From the IMG/VR virus record IMGVR_UViG_3300043185_000111, positions 1 through 48,223 of that record: a stretch of DNA of 48,223 nt, one strand, 5' to 3'. Both the position numbers and the translations under genes were made by a program. Numbering within the stretch: the stretch's first letter is position 1; every line of letters starts with the position of its first letter. This DNA comes from a virus. Taxonomy: Duplodnaviria; Caudoviricetes. Below, piece by piece: positions 1-8,438 of the stretch. Under the pieces are notes generated by a model. That model was not told the origin of the DNA. It saw nothing but the letters and a program-made list of their open reading frames with translations, and searched no databases.

Positions 1-47
1 CCTTCCCCTCCCCTCTCCCCCGGAAGGGGTCTAGGGCCCCATCGATA

Positions 48-64
48 CCCCCGCCTAGCCCCCT
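48..64. repeat. Left copy of 17-bp inverted repeat (CCCCCGCCTAGCCCCCT)
   Basis: Exact reverse complement of 2638-2654. Confidence 0.9.
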
Positions 65-79
65 CTACCCGGCGCTAAC

Positions 80-135
80 CGCGCTTTGTAAATTCCGAAA
101 AAGGGGCTTGCGGCGTGATACAAGGGGTGTATAGT
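80..135 (+). promoter_or_regulatory. Sigma70-type promoter (CTTGCG-N17-TATAGT) with upstream CGCGCTTTGTAAA box; probably leaderless
   Basis: -10 TATAGT at 130-135, 6 nt before ATG 142; same architecture as 41977-42033. Confidence 0.7.
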
Positions 136-141
136 GGGGGC

Positions 142-381
142 ATGCCAAACACAAACAAGGCCATCGTCCAGGCCGCTCTCAAGGCCGCCGGCCTAACCCG
201 CAACCCCATCCGCGCCACGGTCCAGGTCCAGGACGCGGGCCAGTTCGACGTCCTGGCGATCAACTACCGCGACCATGGGCAGCGGATCGCGGACGCGATG
301 CGGGCGGAGTTCGGCGATGCCGCCGTCTCCTGGCCCGGCCACAATCTTTACGCGGTGATCGTCACCCTGAGGGCCGGGTGA
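142..381 (+). CDS. Hypothetical protein (79 aa)
   Basis: ATG just after -10 box; stop overlaps helicase start (GTGA). Confidence 0.75.
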   Translation: MPNTNKAIVQAALKAAGLTRNPIRATVQVQDAGQFDVLAINYRDHGQRIADAMRAEFGDAAVSWPGHNLYAVIVTLRAG

Positions 382-2570
382 ACGCCATGTACGAGTCCGC
401 CCCCGGCACCGCCCTAGTCGCCACGCACTGCTGCGCATGCGGCCGCCCCCTCCTTGACGCCGAGAGCGTCACCGCCGGGATCGGCCCAACCTGTCGCGGC
501 TACCTGAATGCGACGCCGCGTGCCCTGACCCCCGATCAGCGCGAGCGCGCGAACGCGCTCGTCCACCAGTTGGCCGTCGAGACCGATCGCGCCGCGATGG
601 ACGCCGGGATCGTCGAGCTGGCGCTGATGGGCTGCACGACCTTGGCCGCCAAGGTCGCCGAGAATCTTGGCCGCGGCGCGCGGGTGAAGATCTCCACGGT
701 GAGCATGACGAGGATCGCGGTCGAGAGCCCCTACAACGAGCGCGCGGTCTCGGCGATGCGCGAAATCCCTGGGCGGCGCTGGACGGGCGGGCGCAACGAG
801 TTTCCGGTCGAGCAGCTGCCCGCGGTGGTCCGCGCGATCCGCGACTGCTACGGTCCCTGCTCGATGGTCGTGATCGACGTCGAGCATGCCGGGGAAAAAA
901 TCCAAGGCGGGCAGCTCGCGTCTGTCCTCGCCGACGCGCTGGCGGCCGCTTCGGCCCCGGCTCCCGAGGCGCCCGCCACCGCCGACCTCCCCGCGGTGCC
1001 GGCCACGCCCGCGAAACTCGGCAACGGCGACTGGGGTGTGCGCACGACGGTCGCGGTCGAGCCCGGGACGGTGGTGCAGATCACGACCCGCGCCGGCAAG
1101 ACCTGGCGTGCGCAGGTCGCCCGCGTCGAGCGCACCGACTGCGCGACCTACTGGCTCGCGCGCACGGCCCCCGAGGGCACGCTGCCCCCGCCCGCGCCTA
1201 AGCAGGATCGGGCCGAGCCCGCCGCCCCCGCCGCCCCCGACCTGCCCGCCGCCCCTGACCTGCCCGCCGCCGCCCGCGCCCGCGCTGAGGCCGGCGGGGC
1301 GTTCCCCTACCAGGCCGACGGCGCCGCCTGGCTCGCGGGGCGCGGGCGCGCCCTGCTCGGGGACGACATGGGCTTGGGCAAGACCGCGCAGGTCCTGTGG
1401 GCCCTGCCCGAGCAGGCCCGCGCGGTCGTGGTCTGCCCCGCGAGCCTGAAGCGCAACTGGGCCGACGAGGTCCGGCGCTGGCGCCCCGACCTGACGCCGG
1501 TGGTGGTCGATGCCCTGCGCGCGCCCGCGGAGGGCGAGGTCGTAATCACGAACTACGAACGGTTGCCGGCCTGGGCCGCGATGCCCAAAGGGCAATACAC
1601 GCTGACCGCCCCCGAGGCCGCCGCGTTCGCGGGTGCGATCCTCATCGCCGACGAGGCGCATCGCGCCAAGAACTACCGCGCGGCGCGGAGCAAGCGTCTG
1701 ACGGGGCTCGCTTCGGTCGCGGGTCGCACCTGGCTCCTGACGGGCACGCCGCTGCTCGGCAAGCCTCTGGACCTACACGGGGTGCTGTGCGCGGGCGGCC
1801 TGTCCCGCGATTGCTGGACCTGGCGCGAGTTCCTGCGCCTGTTCCGCGGCGAGCAGAATCGGTGGGGCGGGTGGGACTTCGGGACGCCCGACCCCGAGGC
1901 TGCGCGCCGCCTGGCCCGCGTCATGCTGCGCCGCCGCAAGGCCGACGTCCTTCCGCAGCTCCCGGCCAAGAGGCGCCGTGACGTGGTGGTCAACGGGATT
2001 CCCGCCGCGCTCCGCCGCGAGTTGGACGCCGCTTGGCAGGCGTGGGAGAAAGCGGGGGACCCCAACAAGCTCCCGGCTTTCGAGCGCATGGCGGCGATCC
2101 GCGCCAGCCTGGCGGCCAGCCGGATTCCGGCCGCGATCGAGGTCGTCGAGGACCACGAGGACGCGGGCGCGCCGTTGCTGGTGTTCAGCGCGCACCGCGA
2201 GCCGGTCGACGTGATCGGGGCCCGCGAGGGTTGGGCGACGATCACGGGGTCGACGCCTGCTGAGGAGCGTGCCGAGACGGTGCGGCGGTTCCAGGCTGGT
2301 GAGTTGCGCGGGGTCGCGCTGACGATCCAGGCCGGCGGGGTGGGCCTGACGCTTACGCGCGCCGCTTCGGTCCTGTTCGTTGATCAGAGCTGGACGCCTG
2401 CCGACAACGCGCAGGCGGAGGACCGGGTTTGCCGGATCGGGCAGGACGCGGACAGCGTGGTGGTGACGCGGCTGGTCAGCGACCACGCGCTCGACCGCCG
2501 CGTGCTGGACATCTTGAGCGCGAAGCAAGACTTGATTGAAAGAGTTGTGGAGCACGCCGCGTTGGCCTAG
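378..2570 (+). CDS. SNF2-family (HARP/SMARCAL1-like) helicase with N-terminal Zn finger (DUF6011-like) and HARP-like domain
   Basis: GDDMGLGKT (motif I), DEAH, LTGTP, GGVGLTL and QAEDRVCRIGQ; N-terminal CCACGRPL..ES...GIGPTC; PYNERAVSAMREIPGRRW. Confidence 0.92.
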   Translation: MNAMYESAPGTALVATHCCACGRPLLDAESVTAGIGPTCRGYLNATPRALTPDQRERANALVHQLAVETDRAAMDAGIVELALMGCTTLAAKVAENLGRGARVKISTVSMTRIAVESPYNERAVSAMREIPGRRWTGGRNEFPVEQLPAVVRAIRDCYGPCSMVVIDVEHAGEKIQGGQLASVLADALAAASAPAPEAPATADLPAVPATPAKLGNGDWGVRTTVAVEPGTVVQITTRAGKTWRAQVARVERTDCATYWLARTAPEGTLPPPAPKQDRAEPAAPAAPDLPAAPDLPAAARARAEAGGAFPYQADGAAWLAGRGRALLGDDMGLGKTAQVLWALPEQARAVVVCPASLKRNWADEVRRWRPDLTPVVVDALRAPAEGEVVITNYERLPAWAAMPKGQYTLTAPEAAAFAGAILIADEAHRAKNYRAARSKRLTGLASVAGRTWLLTGTPLLGKPLDLHGVLCAGGLSRDCWTWREFLRLFRGEQNRWGGWDFGTPDPEAARRLARVMLRRRKADVLPQLPAKRRRDVVVNGIPAALRRELDAAWQAWEKAGDPNKLPAFERMAAIRASLAASRIPAAIEVVEDHEDAGAPLLVFSAHREPVDVIGAREGWATITGSTPAEERAETVRRFQAGELRGVALTIQAGGVGLTLTRAASVLFVDQSWTPADNAQAEDRVCRIGQDADSVVVTRLVSDHALDRRVLDILSAKQDLIERVVEHAALA
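1227..1271 (+). repeat. Short in-frame tandem repeat (AAPDLP x2) in the Pro/Ala linker of the helicase
   Basis: cccgccgcccc(c/t)gacctg unit repeated. Confidence 0.7.
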
Positions 2571-2593
2571 GGTTTACGTTCGGTGTTGGCATG

Positions 2594-2627
2594 CCCCGCC
2601 CCGGAATGGTCCGGGGCGGGGTTTTTT
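2594..2627 (+). terminator. Rho-independent terminator 1
   Basis: CCCCGCCCCGG-AATGGT-CCGGGGCGGGG followed by T6. Confidence 0.9.
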
Positions 2628-2637
2628 ACGCGGGGCT

Positions 2638-2654
2638 AGGGGGCTAGGCGGGGG
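2638..2654. repeat. Right copy of 17-bp inverted repeat (AGGGGGCTAGGCGGGGG)
   Basis: Exact reverse complement of 48-64. Confidence 0.9.
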
Positions 2655-2690
2655 AAGAAAGAGGGCGAGGGATACAAGTTCGGCGATCGT

Positions 2691-2894
2691 TTGCCGGATT
2701 ACAGGCTGGATCCTCCTGACCTCGATGACGACCACGAATGTTCGGAGTGCGGCGGTGTCGCGGACGCAGACGAGATGCCATGCCGGAGGACCCGCGGATC
2801 GAGGCGTATGCGGATCGTGATGCCGAGTTTCATTGGTGAGCGTGTCTGGCAAACCCCACCCCGGACCATTCCGGGGTGGGGTTTTTTCTGGTAG
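2691..2894 (+). CDS. Possible small acidic CxxC protein
   Basis: TTG start, LDPPDLDDDHECSECG; runs through terminator 2, so doubtful. Confidence 0.3.
   Translation: MPDYRLDPPDLDDDHECSECGGVADADEMPCRRTRGSRRMRIVMPSFIGERVWQTPPRTIPGWGFFW
2851..2887 (+). terminator. Rho-independent terminator 2 (paralogue of terminator 1)
   Basis: AAACCCCACCCCGG-ACCATT-CCGGGGTGGGG followed by T6. Confidence 0.9.
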
Positions 2895-2904
2895 GTTGAC
2901 GGCC

Positions 2905-3132
2905 ATGCGCAGGTTCTACCTCGACAGAACGGTCGACGAGACGGGCGTGTCGGGCACGGGGATCGTCGCCGAGGGCGTCGTGTTCCGCGACGGGACGGTG
3001 GCGCTACGCTGGCGGACGGCCACGTCGTCGACGACGATCTTCGGTTCGCTTCTAGACGTCGAGCGAGTTCATGGCCACGCGGGCAAGACCAAGATCGTTT
3101 TCATCGACACGATGGTGGCTCAGGATTTTTGA
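2905..3132 (+). CDS. Conserved small phage hypothetical protein (75 aa)
   Basis: F.L.R..D.TGVSGTG.VAEGV.F.DG.V.LRW...HGH.G.T pattern familiar from actinobacterial phages; TAGGTT 7 nt upstream. Confidence 0.85.
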   Translation: MRRFYLDRTVDETGVSGTGIVAEGVVFRDGTVALRWRTATSSTTIFGSLLDVERVHGHAGKTKIVFIDTMVAQDF

Positions 3133-3186
3133 TGACACGCCGCTGACAGCTGCCATCCTGCGAGACCGATTCGATCGACTCAGGGT

Positions 3187-4698
3187 TCATCTTCCGCGCC
3201 CGCCCATGGCGGCGGCGAAGCCAGCGAACGCGTCGACGTCCTCGTCGTCGTGCGCGTAGAGTCCGCGCAGGTGGTTGCGCGCGAAGAAGATCGTCATCAG
3301 GCGGTCGCCCGCGTGCCGGTCGGGCTGGAACGTGATCGCTTCCTCCACTAGTGCGTCGATTTCAGGATCTCGCTCAGCGGGGAAGATCCACTTGTTATTG
3401 TGTAGCTCCGTTGCCCATCCGTCGACGCCGTGCACTGGATGGAACTTCACATCGTCACGTGTGTCGAAAGTTTCAACGGGCATATCAGAGTATGTCTTGA
3501 GGAGTTGAGCGAACAGGTCTTGCGTGCCTACGTTCTCGACGACGATCGTGCACTTGAACGCGGCGTGGACCTCCGCGATGTGCTTACCGATCTCGTCCGC
3601 CTTCCAGTCGCCGGCGCGGAGGTGGATCAACGCGCGGTCACCGTTGCTGCGTCCGAGAACGACGCTGATCGCAGAGACGTCGCGGCCCTTGCCGGTGGCC
3701 AGGTCGACGTAGGCTCCTATGCGAGCGTCAGGCGGCACGACGCCGTTCGCGAAAAGGTCTCGCAGGCTGGACGCTTGGCGCAGGAACCCGATGGACTCTC
3801 CCCTCGTTCGCGCACGGTCGAACCATTCCGGGCGGAATCTCGACGTGGCCGCGTCAGCCGCGACGCAGAGACGGATCCTGGCGAACTCTGCCGGAGGCGT
3901 CTGCGCCCTCACGTCGGCGATCCGGTGCATCGGCCATCTCGTCGGCCAGACGCTTTCGCCCTCGACGAACATGGGTGCGTATGCGGCACACCGGGCGTCG
4001 ATGATCAACGGGAAGCGATAGTGGGGCCATCGCTGCTTCATCAATCTGTGAATCAAATCGTCTGGGTGCCAGGTGTTGCCGATCAGGTAGATTCTGCCCT
4101 CCTCCGTGAGGCGGTTATAGATGGTTTCCCAGAACCAACCCTCGATGTCGTCGCGTTGAGTTTTCGTTCGCGTGTTCTTGCGAACGAGGATGTCATCAAG
4201 TATCGCTAGGTCGATGCGGGCGCCTTGGATCGCTCCCGACCCTATGCCGAACGCCTGCACAGACGGTTCTTTGATCTCCGGCGGGCGTCGAATCTCTAAG
4301 GTCGTTTCTGTCCATTTTGCGCCGGGGCGAAGATACGGGAACACCTGGCGCACGCGTTCATTGAACTGAATCGCGTTTCCGATGATTCGGACGTTCTTGC
4401 GCGCGTTGCTCTGCGTGTCGGAGATGATCGCTACGCGCAAACGTGGATCTCGCCCAAGCTCGTGCAACACGAAAGCCTGCGAGAGTTGGAGAGTTTTCCC
4501 GAGTTCGGGAGCCGATTCGATCACTGCGCGTCGGTGACGTTGTCGGATCGTCGTCCAGAACTCGTGGAGCGGTGCCTGCGAGATGGGGCGGCCGGTCTCC
4601 TCATCGCGCATGGCGAACCGCACGAACTCGTCGAAGTCGCGGCGCGCGACGTCGGCCCGAGCTGCGCGAGCTTGCGCGACCTGGGTACGCAAACTCAC
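3187..4698 (-). CDS. terL: Terminase large subunit
   Basis: Walker A-like PELGKT, G.G.IQGARIDLAILDD Walker B, IGNTWHPDD coupling motif, RNase H-like VDLA...D and H.GD. Confidence 0.88.
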   Translation of the reverse strand: MSLRTQVAQARAARADVARRDFDEFVRFAMRDEETGRPISQAPLHEFWTTIRQRHRRAVIESAPELGKTLQLSQAFVLHELGRDPRLRVAIISDTQSNARKNVRIIGNAIQFNERVRQVFPYLRPGAKWTETTLEIRRPPEIKEPSVQAFGIGSGAIQGARIDLAILDDILVRKNTRTKTQRDDIEGWFWETIYNRLTEEGRIYLIGNTWHPDDLIHRLMKQRWPHYRFPLIIDARCAAYAPMFVEGESVWPTRWPMHRIADVRAQTPPAEFARIRLCVAADAATSRFRPEWFDRARTRGESIGFLRQASSLRDLFANGVVPPDARIGAYVDLATGKGRDVSAISVVLGRSNGDRALIHLRAGDWKADEIGKHIAEVHAAFKCTIVVENVGTQDLFAQLLKTYSDMPVETFDTRDDVKFHPVHGVDGWATELHNNKWIFPAERDPEIDALVEEAITFQPDRHAGDRLMTIFFARNHLRGLYAHDDEDVDAFAGFAAAMGGRGR

Positions 4699-5045
4699 TC
4701 TTGCGTGCCCGTGTCGTTGCGCGCGATCTGGTTGCCCAGCTCAGCTAGGATCGTCAGGGCGTCGATGGTGTGCTGTGACAGCCCGGCGGTTCTTACGGTG
4801 ACCACCGCGTTGTCTTCGATGTCTCTTGGCGGGATCGCGAACTGCTCCACGTCGGTATGGAGCCATCGACAGGCGGCGACGAGGTGGCGCGCTTCGAGCC
4901 GCTTGCCGGCACCCGTGCGGATCAGCGAACCCGTCGGGATACCGGTATCGCGGGAGATCGCTCGCCAGGAGACGCCGCGTTGACGCCGTGCGCTGTCTAG
5001 AGCGGCGTGGAGTGATCGCGTATCGATCGTTAGGCTTTTCGACAC
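4695..5045 (-). CDS. XRE-like HTH DNA-binding protein, translationally coupled to TerL
   Basis: ALDSARRQRGVSWRAISRDTGIPTGSL HTH; 4-nt overlap with terL. Confidence 0.8.
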   Translation of the reverse strand: MSKSLTIDTRSLHAALDSARRQRGVSWRAISRDTGIPTGSLIRTGAGKRLEARHLVAACRWLHTDVEQFAIPPRDIEDNAVVTVRTAGLSQHTIDALTILAELGNQIARNDTGTQE

Positions 5046-5121
5046 GTGTCGACGGTATCACAATGCGCCATGCACGGTACACCCCTTTACACGGCCGCGG
5101 TGTCCAGGCCATATTAGGGGC
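5039..5121. promoter_or_regulatory. Divergent promoter region with 14-bp palindrome
   Basis: Minus: TGaTACCGT 6 nt before GTG 5045. Plus: TTTACA-N18-CATATT 6 nt before GTG 5122. TCGACACGTGTCGA at 5039-5052. Confidence 0.6.
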
Positions 5122-5346
5122 GTGCCCTGGACGATCGACGACCCGCCGGCCGTAGCCAAGAACAAGTCTCGGCGGGAGCGGCGTGCTTGCGTGGCCGCCG
5201 CGAACGCGGCGATCGACCGGGGAGAGGGTGACGAGGCGGCGATTCATGCGTGCCTCGGCGCCATGCAGGCTCTTTCAGATGCGGCCGGCCGGCCGCGCGT
5301 CGATCGTGGAAACAACGTGGGAGAGAAGCGTGCCCGGTTCGGTTGA
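5122..5346 (+). CDS. ChaB/YdaT-like small protein
   Basis: MPWT..D.P...KN.....R...V..AN.....G..E.AI pattern, a type often found beside or fused to head proteases. Confidence 0.65.
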   Translation: MPWTIDDPPAVAKNKSRRERRACVAAANAAIDRGEGDEAAIHACLGAMQALSDAAGRPRVDRGNNVGEKRARFG

Positions 5347-5355
5347 GGTTATGTC

Positions 5356-7176
5356 ATGAGCTGGCGCGTCGGGCTCGACGGCGATTTGCCGATCGCGGCG
5401 GCCGATCATGCATGGTCGCGGTGGAACGCGTTCGATCGTGTCTTCGAGTTGACGCGGCTGGATGACGATAGTTCTGATGTCGATGCGAACGTGGCGAGCA
5501 AAGCGTTTGTTTTTTACGACACGGATCTGGCCGCGCGGCTATGGACGTATCAGTTGCAAGTGGCGGACGTGATCGACGGTGTGTTGACGATCGTGCCGCG
5601 CGCGGTGCAGAGTGCGTACAAACAGTTGGCAAATGTCGCGATCGATTGGGCAACCGGCGAGCGTGACATCGACGCGGAGACGTTTCGAGAAGGCCGCGAG
5701 GCGCTCGACCGGTTGATGGCACGCATGCACTCGCGTGAGGAAACTCAAGAGCAAGTTACGGGACACGACATGTTGGCGTCACGGCGCGCGCTCGGGATCG
5801 GCGACGTCGCAGCAAATGGAAGCGTCGTGCGCGTGCGCGTGGACAGAACAACGATTCGTTTTAGCCTCGCCCCGCGGAGCGATTCTCTGCAAGCGGAGAT
5901 CACGTCTCAGGGATTCTTGCGAGTACCCCCGAGCAGGCTCGCGCGCGACGGCACCCTAATCTATTCGGACGGCACGAAGGAATGGAACGAGTATCGATCG
6001 GCAGACGAGCTAGGTAAAGCGGCGGCCACGTTTTCGCTCGCGCCGCTGACCTGGGACCACCCGCCGGAGATGGTCACGGCGGACAACGTCAAGGCGTATC
6101 AGGTCGGACACATTGGTGATGTCCTGATACAGACCGATGATGATGGGGTCACTTACATCGTTGCGCCGGTCGTGATCACCGATGCGGGCTTGATTCGCGC
6201 GGTGATGGCCGGAGAATGCTGCGAGCTGTCGATCGGGTTCATCGCGCGTGTATGGGATTCCCCGGGGGTGACCCCTGCCGGGGTGCCCTATCAGTTCGTT
6301 CAGACCGATCTAGAGGGTAATCACGTGGCGGTCGTCGAGGAAGGACGCGCCGGGCCGATTTGTCGGCTTGCGCTCGTCGGCGATGCGTGGGAGGCTCGCC
6401 CCGAACCCGCCATGACGATCTCGACCACTCCCAAGAAGGACCAGGACCCGATGCCCCCCGCGCCCGTTGCCTCCGCACCGGCGTCCGCTCCGGCTGCCGC
6501 GCCGGCGCCTGCTCCGGCCGGCGCGCCGGCCACCGCGCCGGAACTTGAAACCGTCGAGATCCCCGGTGTCGGTCCGGTGCCGATGTCGCCGATGTTGGCG
6601 ACGGTCGTGCGAGCGCTGCTCGCTCAGATCCAGATGATGGCGCCCGCGTCCACGACTCCGGCCGGCGAGATCGGAGAAGAGAGCGCCGCCGAGAAGAATG
6701 AAGACGCGAACGAAGACGCGAAAGGTAAGGACATGGATTCGGCCAAGATTCAACAACTGCAAGGAGTCGTCGATGGGTTGACGGCTCAGCTCAAGGCCAA
6801 CCAGGATGGCGAGAGCGAACGGATCGGCGCGCTGCTCAAACTCGTTCGCGACGCGGAGCGTGTGCTCGGAGATGCCGCAGGCGACGATCTCTACAAGCTC
6901 AAGCCCGTGCAGATCATGTCGAAGGTCATCGTGGCCGTCGACGGTCAGGATGCGATCGCCCAACTGCAAGGGGCGTCTCCTGATTACGTCGCGGGACGTT
7001 TCCACGCTGCGATGAGAGCGTTCGAGAAGCGGCAGGTTGCCGACGCGACCACCGATCCGTTCGACGCGTACGATCGCAAGGAGGACGGCGACGCGGCGCC
7101 GACGAACCTCGCGGATGTGTACGCGGCGTCTACCCAACGTATGAACGAACGCCGTCAGCGTCGCAGCGCGTCGTAA
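5356..7176 (+). CDS. DUF2213-family prohead protease/scaffold with N-terminal extra domain
   Basis: GFL.V...LAR.G...Y, PLT.DHP, ELS.G, NHVAVV..GRAG; acidic and Ala-rich scaffold-like C-terminus; upstream of capsid genes. Confidence 0.85.
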   Translation: MSWRVGLDGDLPIAAADHAWSRWNAFDRVFELTRLDDDSSDVDANVASKAFVFYDTDLAARLWTYQLQVADVIDGVLTIVPRAVQSAYKQLANVAIDWATGERDIDAETFREGREALDRLMARMHSREETQEQVTGHDMLASRRALGIGDVAANGSVVRVRVDRTTIRFSLAPRSDSLQAEITSQGFLRVPPSRLARDGTLIYSDGTKEWNEYRSADELGKAAATFSLAPLTWDHPPEMVTADNVKAYQVGHIGDVLIQTDDDGVTYIVAPVVITDAGLIRAVMAGECCELSIGFIARVWDSPGVTPAGVPYQFVQTDLEGNHVAVVEEGRAGPICRLALVGDAWEARPEPAMTISTTPKKDQDPMPPAPVASAPASAPAAAPAPAPAGAPATAPELETVEIPGVGPVPMSPMLATVVRALLAQIQMMAPASTTPAGEIGEESAAEKNEDANEDAKGKDMDSAKIQQLQGVVDGLTAQLKANQDGESERIGALLKLVRDAERVLGDAAGDDLYKLKPVQIMSKVIVAVDGQDAIAQLQGASPDYVAGRFHAAMRAFEKRQVADATTDPFDAYDRKEDGDAAPTNLADVYAASTQRMNERRQRRSAS

Positions 7177-7232
7177 CGACGTTCACACCCCACCGAGAAC
7201 TTTGACGAACAAGCGAGGAAACGAGGATCGTC

Positions 7233-8384
7233 ATGCCGCAACTCAACTACGTTCCCAATAACGGTACCCTCGGCGCCGCCGCCTATGCGGAGGATGACCT
7301 GGTCGTTTCGCGTGTGTACCCGGATGCCCAGGAATCTCGAACCGTCACCGTCGGCGGTACCGCGACCGATGGCGTGTACGCGTTCACGTTGACGGGATTG
7401 CCATATGGGATCCCGGACATCGTGGCATCGTTCACCCGGGCCGCCGCGGAAACGAATGCCGCGATCGCCACGGCGCTCGCCGCCGTGTTGGCCGCGAACG
7501 ATGATTTTCGATCGTTGTTCACGTTGTCGAACAACGGGGCCGGCGTCCTGACGATCACGATGCGGCATTTCGGATTGAACTTCGTGGTCGGATCGCTGAC
7601 CGTGACGTCGCCGGGCACCCTCGTGACCGCGTTGGTCACGAGCGGCACGGTCGCGGATCTTCCGCTCGGGGTCGCAGTGGTGCGGACGGGGACAGGCCGC
7701 AACATCCGACTGCCAGTTTCCAGCGATCCCGCAAAGGACATCGACGGCATCACGGTCCTCGGCAGCACGGGGATCAAGCCGCTCCCCGCGGATGGTTCCG
7801 GCGCGAGCGGCACCGACGGGTTTGCGGCGGCATCGATGGTGTCCGTATGCAAGCGCGGCGCTCGGTGGGTGCGTCCCGAGACTGCCGTTGCCGTGGGGGA
7901 CGACGTGTACGTGCGCACGAACGCGACAGGCACCGAGCAGTTCGGGGCCCTGCGGAACAGCCATGATGGAGTGGCCCAGGTCCTTGACGTGGAGGCGACG
8001 GAGGTCAACTCGACCCGTTACGAGCTGGCCATCTCGGTCCGGCATCGCGACACCGGGGAGCTGCTCGCATCGATGAACGCGGTTTTCCTGTCCGACGGTA
8101 GCGCGACGGAAACCGAGATCTCGACTGCCCTGCAAGCGGACATCGACCTGAACAGCGACATCGGCAACTACCTCACAACGTCGCTTTCCGGCAGCGGCGA
8201 CGATCAATCGTTGATCCTGACGGCCGATTCGGCGGCCTATGAAATCATCGCCGATTCGATCGAAGCGGGCACGATTACGATCACCCAAACGGTCGCTGGC
8301 GTGCTCGACACGAAGCGCATGATCGGGTGGGAATGGGACTCCGCCGCCGCCGCGAACAACCTGGCCATCGTGCGGATCAAGTAG
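7233..8384 (+). CDS. Capsid decoration/cement protein with two inserted beta-rich domains
   Basis: Between scaffold and MCP; LP.G.AVV, G.RWV....V..GD.VYVR, W......A..LA.V.I. Confidence 0.7.
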   Translation: MPQLNYVPNNGTLGAAAYAEDDLVVSRVYPDAQESRTVTVGGTATDGVYAFTLTGLPYGIPDIVASFTRAAAETNAAIATALAAVLAANDDFRSLFTLSNNGAGVLTITMRHFGLNFVVGSLTVTSPGTLVTALVTSGTVADLPLGVAVVRTGTGRNIRLPVSSDPAKDIDGITVLGSTGIKPLPADGSGASGTDGFAAASMVSVCKRGARWVRPETAVAVGDDVYVRTNATGTEQFGALRNSHDGVAQVLDVEATEVNSTRYELAISVRHRDTGELLASMNAVFLSDGSATETEISTALQADIDLNSDIGNYLTTSLSGSGDDQSLILTADSAAYEIIADSIEAGTITITQTVAGVLDTKRMIGWEWDSAAAANNLAIVRIK

Positions 8385-8438
8385 TGTCGCGAGATCTGAA
8401 GCCGAACATCATTTCAGGAACAGACGGGACCACGACAA

